Origin: an uncultured delta proteobacterium
GTDB lineage: Bacteria > Desulfobacterota > Desulfobaccia > Desulfobaccales > 0-14-0-80-60-11
Length of the DNA stretch: 64,000 nt
Reading direction: 5' to 3'
Assembly: GCA_963812015.1 (NCBI GenBank)
Contig: CAWETI010000003.1
Location: forward strand, 352,001-416,000
The notes beneath the pieces were generated by a model, which made no database searches, had not been told where the DNA came from, and saw only the letters and a program-made list of their open reading frames with translations. Below, piece after piece: positions 56,206 to 64,000 of the stretch; the first letter of the stretch is position 1, and every line of letters begins with the position of its first letter. A program made the translations under genes and the position numbers.

Positions 56206-57626
56206 TTGTGGACGACGACGCCCAGTTGCGGCAGAGCTTTGAGAAGCTCCTGAGCGCGGAAGGGCATACCGTGAAAACCGCGTCCAGCGGGGAGGCGGCC
56301 ATTGCTCTGGTCAAGGCCGGAGTCCCGGACCTGGTGATCATGGATGTGCGCATGCCGGGGATGAGCGGCCTGGAAGCCTTTCGGACCATGCACGAGATCG
56401 AGCCCAAGCTGCCGGTGATCATCATGACCGCCTTCGGCACCACCGAGACGGCCATTGAGGCCACCAAGATGGGGGCCTTTGAATACGTGCTCAAGCCGTT
56501 TGAGATTCCGGATATCCTGGCTTTGATCACCCAGGCCCTGGAGGCGGGTCGGTTCATGCGCTCCCGGGTGGAGGTGGACGTGGCCCCGGATACGGCGGCG
56601 GCGGAAGCCATCATCGGCAGAAGCAAACCCATGCAGGAGGTGTATAAGGCCATTGGCCGGGTGGCCCCCACCGACGCCACGGTGCTGGTCCGGGGGGAAT
56701 CTGGGACCGGCAAGGAACTGGTGGCCCGGGCCATCTATCAGCACAGCCTGAGGGCGGCCAAACCCTTTCTGGTCATCAACTGCGTGGCCATTCCGGAGAC
56801 CTTGCTGGAATCCGAGCTGTTCGGCTACGAAAAGGGGGCCTTTACCGGGGCCGTCAACCGCCGGGTGGGCAAGTTTGAGCAGGCCCACGGCGGCACCGTG
56901 TTCCTGGATGAAATCGGTGACATGCCGTTTAGCATCCAGGCCAAGATCCTGCGCCTGTTGCAGGAGAGGAGCATCGAACGTTTGGGGGGCCGGGAGCCGA
57001 TCCCGGTGGATGTGCGCATCATCGCGGCCACCAACCGGGACCTGGAGACGGCCCTGGCCCAGGGGCGTTTCCGGGAAGACCTGTATTACCGCCTCAAGGT
57101 GGTGACCGTATGGCTGCCGCCGCTCAGGGAGCGGACCCAGGATATCACGCTGCTGGCGGAGTATTTCCTGGCGCGGTTTGCCAAGGAAATGGGCATGGGC
57201 AATCCGGGCACGACCGCAGAGGCCAGGCTGTTGCTTCAGAACTATCAGTGGCCCGGTAATGTTCGGGAACTGGCCAACGCCATGCAAAAGGCCATGATCT
57301 TCAGCCGGGGGTATCCCATTCACCCGGAGGACCTCTCCCGGGCCATCGGCGGCGAAAGTCTGGGCCGGGAAGTGGCAGACCAGCAGGCGGATGAGATCGT
57401 GCGGCAGTGGGTGCGGCAATCCCTGGCGGCGGGGGATGGCAAGGACGTATTTGAGACGTGCATGGACCACTTTGCCAGTCTGCTCATCAGCGAGGCCCTG
57501 GACCTGACGGGGGGAAATCGCAGCCGGGCGGCCAAACTCCTGGGCATTTCCCGGCCGACGCTGTTGTCCAAGATTGATAAATACCGGCTCAAGGTGGAAA
57601 CTTCCATAAAACTGGAGGGGCACTGA
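56190..57626 (+). CDS. Sigma-54-dependent response regulator (NtrC family)
   Basis: Receiver + GESGTGKE + GAFTGA + Fis-type HTH. Confidence 0.95.
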   Translation: MGNILIVDDDAQLRQSFEKLLSAEGHTVKTASSGEAAIALVKAGVPDLVIMDVRMPGMSGLEAFRTMHEIEPKLPVIIMTAFGTTETAIEATKMGAFEYVLKPFEIPDILALITQALEAGRFMRSRVEVDVAPDTAAAEAIIGRSKPMQEVYKAIGRVAPTDATVLVRGESGTGKELVARAIYQHSLRAAKPFLVINCVAIPETLLESELFGYEKGAFTGAVNRRVGKFEQAHGGTVFLDEIGDMPFSIQAKILRLLQERSIERLGGREPIPVDVRIIAATNRDLETALAQGRFREDLYYRLKVVTVWLPPLRERTQDITLLAEYFLARFAKEMGMGNPGTTAEARLLLQNYQWPGNVRELANAMQKAMIFSRGYPIHPEDLSRAIGGESLGREVADQQADEIVRQWVRQSLAAGDGKDVFETCMDHFASLLISEALDLTGGNRSRAAKLLGISRPTLLSKIDKYRLKVETSIKLEGH

Positions 57627-57731
57627 GTATCAGGAAGCAGTGGGCAACCAGCTATCTGTCTGCAGCAAAAACCTCCCTAACCACCTTATTAAAAAAGCAG
57701 CCGGCCCTTCGCAAGCGACCTTCTTTACTAA

Positions 57732-57856
57732 GCTATTTCAAAACCGGTTGATTGTGTCACCCTGAGCGCGTGCGAAGGGTTTAGGTTATTGGAAAGACAA
57801 GATTCTTCGCTTCGCTCAGAATGACAAACTGGCGTAAAAAGAGGTTTTGCAATAGG
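57732..57856. mobile_element. MITE-like 125-bp element, copy 2
   Basis: Same length and colinear with 12873-12997. Confidence 0.75.
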
Positions 57857-58035
57857 TTATAGAGCCCTCGGGCCAGATGCCGAGGAAGGTCCCGGAAATC
57901 TTTTCCCCTGGCGCTTTTACAAACTGTAAAAAATAACGACAGCCCTTTACGGCCAGTCATCAGGCCCATTCTTGCCGCTGCTCTGTAATCAATGTTATAT
58001 CAATAGGTTATCAAGCTACGGTTTTTTCCCGTCCT

Positions 58036-58051
58036 TGGCACGGCGGTTGCT
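58036..58051 (+). promoter_or_regulatory. Sigma-54 promoter (-24/-12) with upstream IHF site
   Basis: TGGCACGGCGGTTGCT; TATCAATAGGTTA at 57998-58010 matches WATCAANNNNTTR; motif at 57916-57942. Confidence 0.85.
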
Positions 58052-58068
58052 CAACTTTTAGGTGAGGG

Positions 58069-58482
58069 GTGACCTGCGTGGCCAATGCCTGCAAGATTTT
58101 ACTAGCGGACCGCAACCGGAATGTGCGGGATCTCCTGCGGCGGGAGTTGAGCGCGGAGGGCTACGTGGTGGAGGTGGCCAGGGATGGCCGGGAGGTCTTG
58201 GACCGGCTCAACGGCGACGACCCGCCCCATCTCCTCATCCTGGATCTGGAGATTCCGTACCTGGATGAAACGGAGGTGTGGGCCAGATTGCAGGATCGCC
58301 AGCCGGCCCTGCCGGTGGTCATCCACTCTTTTCTGCCCGCGTATCCCACCAACCTGAGCTTGCCGATTGCGGCCACGTTCCTGGAAAAGAAAGGGGATAC
58401 GGATCTGTTGAAGGCGGTGGTGGCGGAGATGATCGGGAAGCATTACCCCAAAGGAATCCCGGCCCGGGAGAAAACCGGGTAA
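58069..58482 (+). CDS. Atypical single-domain response regulator
   Basis: ILLADRN, LILDLEIP; receiver fold. Confidence 0.8.
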   Translation: MTCVANACKILLADRNRNVRDLLRRELSAEGYVVEVARDGREVLDRLNGDDPPHLLILDLEIPYLDETEVWARLQDRQPALPVVIHSFLPAYPTNLSLPIAATFLEKKGDTDLLKAVVAEMIGKHYPKGIPAREKTG

Positions 58483-58640
58483 GGCTCGAGGAAAAAAGGG
58501 CTTTGACAGGGAGGCGGGTGGAGGGGTAAGGTTGAGGTAAACCGGGAGGCACGGGTCGGCGGTGAGACCCCACCGGATGCACCCCTGAAAGTGGCCCAAA
58601 AAACCGGTTTTAGTAAGAGGATCATTCTCAGACGGACCTT

Positions 58641-61241
58641 ATGGCCAACCTGTTCCAGAGACTGAGAAGTCTGTTTTCCCGGGGTGAGCCCGAACCGGCG
58701 CTCTCCATGGAGGAACTGCGGGCGGCCTTCAAGGCGCGCTATTACGCCTTCAAGCAACTGCTGGCCGCCAACAACACCGCCTTGCAGTTGATGACCGATA
58801 TGGAGGCGGCCCTGCGGAGCCAACACGGCTTTGGCATGACCTTTGTCCGGTCCCACGCCACGGCGGTCTGTGTCAATGTCTTCAATATCATCAAGTACTT
58901 GAATGAATTGACCGGCAACCGCTACCGGGGCTTGGAGAAGGTCTTTGCCGATATTGAAAGAACGATTGACACCACTTTGAAGCAGAGACAGGCGCCGATG
59001 ATCCCGGAGCTGGTGCTGCCTCTCAAAGAAGTGCGCCAGGGGATGTCGGAAGGGGTGGGCAGCAAGATGGCCAATCTGGGGGAGATCACCGGCGAGCTGC
59101 CGGAGATTGCGGTGCCTCCGGGATTTGCCATCACCGCGGCCGCGTATGAACTGTTCATATCCCACAACCAGCTGATTGATGAGATCAACCGGCGCCTCCA
59201 ATCCATGGAAGAAGAGGAGATTTCGGACCTCCACCGGAAGAGCTCGGAAATCCAGATGCTGATCATCGGCGCGGACCTGCCGCCAGAGTTGGCGGAAGCC
59301 ATCTCCCAGGCCTATGGGGACCTGTCCAGGGCCGCCGGAGGGGCCGTGAAGGTGGCCTTGCGCTCCAGCGCCATCGGCGAGGACTCGGCGGACACCTCTT
59401 TTGCCGGGCAATATCATTCGGAGCTCAACGTCAGCCAGGAAAACCTGCACGCGGTGTATAAGGAGGTGTTGGCCAGCAAATATGCCCTGACGGCGGTGAG
59501 CTACCGCCTGCACAAGGGGCTCAGGGATGAAGATGTGGCCATGTGCGTGGGGTGTATGGCCATGGTGGATTCCGTCTGCGGCGGGGTGATGTATTCCCGG
59601 GATCCCACCGACATCCGCAGCGATACCATCCTGATCAACGCGGTCCACGGCCTGGCCAAAGCGGTGGTGGATGGGACGGTCACCCCGGACCTGTTGGTCA
59701 TCTCCCGGGGAGAGCCTCTATCGATCCGCAAGCGGGAGATCCGGGACAAAGGGCAGAAGGTCGTGTGTCTCCCGGGGGAGGGGGTGCGGCTGCAAGACGA
59801 TGCGCAGGCAACGGAGGCCGCCCTCACGGATGACCAGGCCCTGGATCTGGCCCGGATTGCCCTGGCGTTGGAGTCTCATTTCGGCGGGCCCCAGGATATC
59901 GAGTGGTGCATCGACCGGGAGGGGCGCATCCTAATCCTGCAAAGCCGGCCTTTGCGGCAGATGGCGGCTCCCCGGGGGGAGAGCGTCGAGGCCCTGACGG
60001 GGAAGTATCCGATACTGCTCCGGGGCGGCGAGCTGGTGGGCCCAGGGGTGGCGGCGGGACCGGTCTACGTGGTGCAGAACAACCTGGACCTGCTGCAATT
60101 CCCGGCGGGGGCGATCCTGGTCACGGCCTTCCCGCACCCCGGCTGGGCTCCCCTGCTGGGCCGGGCCGCGGCGCTGGTCACCGACCGGGGGGGGATTACC
60201 GGCCACCTGGCCAACGTGGCCCGAGAATTCGGCCTCCCGGCGCTGTTCAACACCGGGGAGGCTACCGCGAGCCTTGCGCCCGGCCAGATGGTGACGGTGG
60301 ACGCCGACGGCCTGGCGGTCTACCAGGGCCGGGTGGAGGAACTCCTGGCCCTGGCCGGCCCGAAAGAGGGGCCCGCGGCCAGCACCCCGGTGGGGGAGAC
60401 GCTGAAAGAGGTCATGACCCTGATCACCCCCTTATACCTCACCGATCCGGAGGCGCGGGAATTCAGCCCCCAGGGGTGCCGCACCCTCCATGATATCACC
60501 CGGTTCGCCCACGAGGTTTCGGTCAAGGAGATGTTCGCCTTTGACAAGAAACAGGCCTTTTCCCGGTATTTCATCAAAAAACTGGTGACGCCGGTGGCCC
60601 TGGAGTGGTGGGTCCTGAACCTGGAGGACGGGTTCAAAGAAGAGGTGGCGGAACCGCGGGTGGAGCTGAGCAATATTGCTTCCACGCCCATGCTGGCCCT
60701 GTGGGAGGGGATCACCGCGGTGCCCTGGGAAGGGCCGCCGCCGGTGGACACCGCGGGTTTCATGTCCATCGTCATGGGGGCGGCCACCGACCCCAACCTG
60801 GCCACGGCGGGGGGCACCATGTTCGGCAACACGAACTACTTCATGATCGCCCGGGATTTCTGCAACCTGACCTCCCGCCTGGGCTTTCACTTTTCCACGG
60901 TGGAGGCCCTGGTGGGGGACCAGGCCTACGAGAATTACATCCGGTTCGCCTTCAAGGGGGGGGCGGCGGACTACCCGCGGCGGATCATGCGGACTAAATT
61001 CGTGGGGGAGATCCTGGAGCGGTATCATTTTAAGGTGGATGTGAAGGAAGACGCCCTGTTCGCCCGCCTGGAAGCGGAAACCAAAGACTACATGCTTTCC
61101 CGGCTACGCGTCCTGGGGTACCTCACCATCCACACCCGGCAGATGGACATGATCATGCTCAACGAGGCGGATGTCCAGTATTATAAAGAGAAATTCATCC
61201 AGGACCTGGAAAAGCTGGCGGTGGTGGGTAGGTCAGATTAA
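58641..61241 (+). CDS. PEP synthase/PPDK-like PEP-utiliser family protein (paralogue 2)
   Basis: VGSKMANLG, RSSAIGED...SFAGQY, PQDIEW, GGITGHLANVARE. Confidence 0.9.
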   Translation: MANLFQRLRSLFSRGEPEPALSMEELRAAFKARYYAFKQLLAANNTALQLMTDMEAALRSQHGFGMTFVRSHATAVCVNVFNIIKYLNELTGNRYRGLEKVFADIERTIDTTLKQRQAPMIPELVLPLKEVRQGMSEGVGSKMANLGEITGELPEIAVPPGFAITAAAYELFISHNQLIDEINRRLQSMEEEEISDLHRKSSEIQMLIIGADLPPELAEAISQAYGDLSRAAGGAVKVALRSSAIGEDSADTSFAGQYHSELNVSQENLHAVYKEVLASKYALTAVSYRLHKGLRDEDVAMCVGCMAMVDSVCGGVMYSRDPTDIRSDTILINAVHGLAKAVVDGTVTPDLLVISRGEPLSIRKREIRDKGQKVVCLPGEGVRLQDDAQATEAALTDDQALDLARIALALESHFGGPQDIEWCIDREGRILILQSRPLRQMAAPRGESVEALTGKYPILLRGGELVGPGVAAGPVYVVQNNLDLLQFPAGAILVTAFPHPGWAPLLGRAAALVTDRGGITGHLANVAREFGLPALFNTGEATASLAPGQMVTVDADGLAVYQGRVEELLALAGPKEGPAASTPVGETLKEVMTLITPLYLTDPEAREFSPQGCRTLHDITRFAHEVSVKEMFAFDKKQAFSRYFIKKLVTPVALEWWVLNLEDGFKEEVAEPRVELSNIASTPMLALWEGITAVPWEGPPPVDTAGFMSIVMGAATDPNLATAGGTMFGNTNYFMIARDFCNLTSRLGFHFSTVEALVGDQAYENYIRFAFKGGAADYPRRIMRTKFVGEILERYHFKVDVKEDALFARLEAETKDYMLSRLRVLGYLTIHTRQMDMIMLNEADVQYYKEKFIQDLEKLAVVGRSD

Positions 61242-61447
61242 AATTGGGATAAGCGGGGAACGTCCAATAATTTAAATGCTATAATTGTATCAAGTGCAGC
61301 TAGGGTAACCTTATAAAATAGTTATCATTTTTATTAAAGGCGCGAAGATATAGCAGTAACAACCGATAAGGGACAGGCATGGCAAGGATCCAGTGTTTCA
61401 CCATCTTGTCCTCCTTTCCTTTCTGCGGTCGATTTAGTTAATCGAAA

Positions 61448-62029
61448 TCATCCCGGCTGATCCGGGTCAACACCTAGCTTTGCCCTACTGCGCACATATT
61501 GAGGATACCAATGGTTGAGCCATAGGCCTAACCCGATCAAGCCCAAGGACATCGCCTGATAGCCCATCCCTCCTGCCCACCAGCCATAGGTTTTCGCCAC
61601 ACTCATCCCTGTGGCTATGAGAAATACCACCCCCCAGATCACCGCGAGGGTCCGGCAGGTCCGGTAAAAGACCGGGGCTGCCTGCCGCTCAGGGGGCACT
61701 GTCTCCCGGGCATATTGCAGGACAAAAGGTTTGCTCATGAAGATGGACAACCAGGCAATGGCCGCCAGGGTCCCTTTGGCCAGAATATCCAGGTTTTTGA
61801 TCACCCACAGGTTTCTACAAAGCACCACCATGACCAGATTGACGCCGAAAAAGAGCAGCGAGCCCCAGGTCAGAATGAACCCTTTGGCCAGCTGTTTGTA
61901 GCCCATGACCAGCACCAGGGCCAGGGCGACGATGATGGCTGCGTTCAACCGCCACAAGGACGGCCCGGAAACAACGCCAAAAACGATCCAGGGCAAGAAG
62001 CCCAGCAGGATGCTGAATATCTCTTTCAT
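61448..62029 (-). CDS. Hypothetical membrane protein
   Basis: LGFLPWIVF...KPFVLQYARETVP; several TM helices. Confidence 0.8.
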   Translation of the reverse strand: MKEIFSILLGFLPWIVFGVVSGPSLWRLNAAIIVALALVLVMGYKQLAKGFILTWGSLLFFGVNLVMVVLCRNLWVIKNLDILAKGTLAAIAWLSIFMSKPFVLQYARETVPPERQAAPVFYRTCRTLAVIWGVVFLIATGMSVAKTYGWWAGGMGYQAMSLGLIGLGLWLNHWYPQYVRSRAKLGVDPDQPG

Positions 62030-62113
62030 TTTTAATGATTATAATGAGTTTATGGTTTATGTCATTTAAGGGAAGGGGCGGGAGTATATCGACTCCCCAC
62101 CCAAAGCCGCCGG

Positions 62114-62872
62114 TCATCCGGCCTGTCCTGGCGGCTTGCCGGTTAGACCGAACTTGAGCATGGTTGCGCTCCAGTAGTGGTTGGCTTCGTTCCTGAAGGC
62201 CTCCGGCCCGCCTGGAAAGAGGTCTCGTTGTAATCCCGCCTGCACCTCCGGCGTAATCCGTCCCTGGCGGATGAGCTGCTCCCCAGCCTGGCGCACCAAG
62301 TTATAATACCAGACGAACGGTTCCTGATATTGTTCATGGCTCAAGCTCTCACCCCCGGGCCGCAGGATTTCCCCCAGGTAACCCCAGCCCAGCTTTTGGG
62401 CGAAAAACTGGAAATATTGCACCAGCGGCGCAAAATGGTCGAATTCCGGAAAGCCGCAAGGGGAGACCAGCAGCATGGTCCGGTCCCGGGGGTAGCGGTC
62501 CGGGTGGCCGCTCTTACCCGGATGGTCTGGATCTTCCACCAGCCATGGTTCGAAGGAGGGCAGGGTGCGGTCAATGAAGTTCTTCATCAGACCGGACAAG
62601 TTATAGTGGTAAAGCGGAGTTCCGAAGACCAGCAGGTCGGCCTGCACAAACCTTTCCAAGACCACGGCCATGTCATCTTTCTGCACACATTTTCCGGGGG
62701 TCTTGACCCAGCACAGGAAGCAGCCCAGACAAGGTTTGATCTGCAAATGGCCCAGATGCACCAATTCAGTGGTGGCACCTGCGGCGCGCATGCCTTCCAA
62801 CAGCGGGCCCAGGATATGATAGGTGCTGCTCTTTTCATTGCGGGGTGAGCCATTGATGGCCATTACGTGCAT
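62114..62872 (-). CDS. Iron-sulfur flavoprotein / flavodoxin family protein
   Basis: INGSPR, CLGCFLCWVKTPGKC, GTPLYHY...MKNFIDR. Confidence 0.9.
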   Translation of the reverse strand: MHVMAINGSPRNEKSSTYHILGPLLEGMRAAGATTELVHLGHLQIKPCLGCFLCWVKTPGKCVQKDDMAVVLERFVQADLLVFGTPLYHYNLSGLMKNFIDRTLPSFEPWLVEDPDHPGKSGHPDRYPRDRTMLLVSPCGFPEFDHFAPLVQYFQFFAQKLGWGYLGEILRPGGESLSHEQYQEPFVWYYNLVRQAGEQLIRQGRITPEVQAGLQRDLFPGGPEAFRNEANHYWSATMLKFGLTGKPPGQAG

Positions 62873-63094
62873 GAACATCTCCTGGGGCCAGGTTAGAGTG
62901 GAGGTCAGAATGCTCTTGTGGCCGACATGATAGCATAAATTTCCCTGAGAAAACAATTAAGGCCCCCTGGAAGCAACTCCCTCTAATGGTGCGCCTGGAG
63001 AAGATGCGAAGCCACATGCACATGCCACCTCTGGGGAAAGGTAACTCGATAGCTGTCGAAATCTTGCTTTGAGAAGGGTATTCAAAATAAGCGG

Positions 63095-63176
63095 ATAGCT
63101 TGCCACCAACGAAACTTCTCAAAAATTCCAAACTCTTGCGGATATGATTTTGATACCTGGCGTGTCATTTGTGGGG
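63095..63176 (-). repeat. Degenerate ~83-bp dispersed repeat, copy C
   Basis: Reverse complement aligns with copies A and B. Confidence 0.6.
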
Positions 63177-63285
63177 GACCATGCAAGGATTGGGATGGAA
63201 AAAGGTATAATCCATGGGGGCAGGGCAAAAGTGATTTCAGATTCAGGCTTAGGCCTCAATCTCCATAGAAATAGAGGGTTGGGCA

Positions 63286-63549
63286 ATGCATACGGATGAA
63301 TATGAGATATCTATTGGTAGGGAAATCGCCTTTTGCCGGAAAATGGTGAGGCAGTTGAAAGATTCGCTCGAAAGGCGGGAGAAGCAATGCGGAATGACGA
63401 CGGAAGCGTTTCTACAAACCCTCGAGGAAGGATGCCTGTCCGAACAGCATCCCATACAGAGTTGGAGCCAAGAATATCAAGAGTTGCGGTACTGGCAAAA
63501 GATGTTGACCGAATACGAAGAAGCCCTGGAGAGCCTCAAATGGCTCTGA
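63286..63549 (+). CDS. Small hypothetical protein
   Basis: 87 aa, coiled-coil-like, GAGGG RBS. Confidence 0.7.
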   Translation: MHTDEYEISIGREIAFCRKMVRQLKDSLERREKQCGMTTEAFLQTLEEGCLSEQHPIQSWSQEYQELRYWQKMLTEYEEALESLKWL

Positions 63550-63594
63550 GGCAGCCAGGAACCCTACAGGAAGGGGACCGTGCCGCGGGGGCGC

Positions 63595-63678
63595 GTAACT
63601 TGCCAAACCCTTGAACTTTTCAAAATTTCCAATAAAGTACCGATATGGCCTGGATAGCGAAATGGGCGTTTAGTGGGG
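63595..63678 (-). repeat. Degenerate ~83-bp dispersed repeat, copy D
   Basis: Reverse complement aligns best with copy A. Confidence 0.6.
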
Positions 63679-63789
63679 GCCAGCGCGTCGGATGATATTA
63701 AATTTTGATGCGGAGGTCTATGGTCAGGTTTCGACCATGACCATTTAACCCTATAGTGGTAGGAAAGATAGTTGCTGAAGAGGATTTCG

Positions 63790-64000
63790 ATGGTCCCCCG
63801 GTTTCCCCCACCTAACCCGGTTTTTATGCGTCGGGCCCTGGATGAGGTCCGAGCGCACCTGGCGGAGATGGCCGGGGGTCCTTTTGGGGCCTGCCTGGTG
63901 CGGGGAGATGCAGTGCTGGCCGTGGGCCATAACACGGTGCTCCAAGACCAAGACCCCACCTGCCACGCCGAGATGAAGGCCATCCGCCTGGCGGCAAGGC
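63790..64000 (+). CDS. Nucleoside/guanine deaminase family protein, 3'-truncated by window
   Basis: Own translation FMRRALDE...GGPFGACLV...GHNTV...DPTCHAEMKAIR (HAE motif). Confidence 0.88.
   Translation, partial: MVPRFPPPNPVFMRRALDEVRAHLAEMAGGPFGACLVRGDAVLAVGHNTVLQDQDPTCHAEMKAIRLAAR

Noticed and set aside
63564..63983. Minus-strand 139-aa ORF
   Set aside because: Antisense to the deaminase start and runs through repeat copy D.

Overview
GC-rich bacterial chromosomal window. Gene content (many sigma-54 two-component systems, rubredoxins, selenoprotein signals, a TauE/USP operon) suggests an anaerobic Desulfobacterota-type deltaproteobacterium (inference; the 16S was not searched). It holds an AT-rich DUF262-like/HEPN gene pair, a full rRNA operon (16S-tRNAIle-tRNAAla-23S-5S), housekeeping genes (mscL, rpoZ, rlmH, thrC, pgi), two HicAB-like modules, an IS110 element, many REP/MITE-like repeats, and a ~22 kb sigma-54 signalling locus with two PEP-utiliser paralogues. 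Main observations: (1) an integrase-free array behind the 5S gene in which cargo genes are delimited by 3'-partial 5S copies; (2) an IS110 whose bridge-RNA guides, CT core, REP-like target and circle-junction promoter can be read from the sequence; (3) two in-frame UGA + SECIS-like selenoprotein signals that the ORF track truncates or misses (a rhodanese and a [NiFeSe]-hydrogenase C-terminal fragment); (4) a 27-bp motif 120-121 bp upstream of three sigma-54 promoters; (5) a degenerate ~83-bp repeat occurring as direct pairs around single cargo genes. No CRISPR array was seen.
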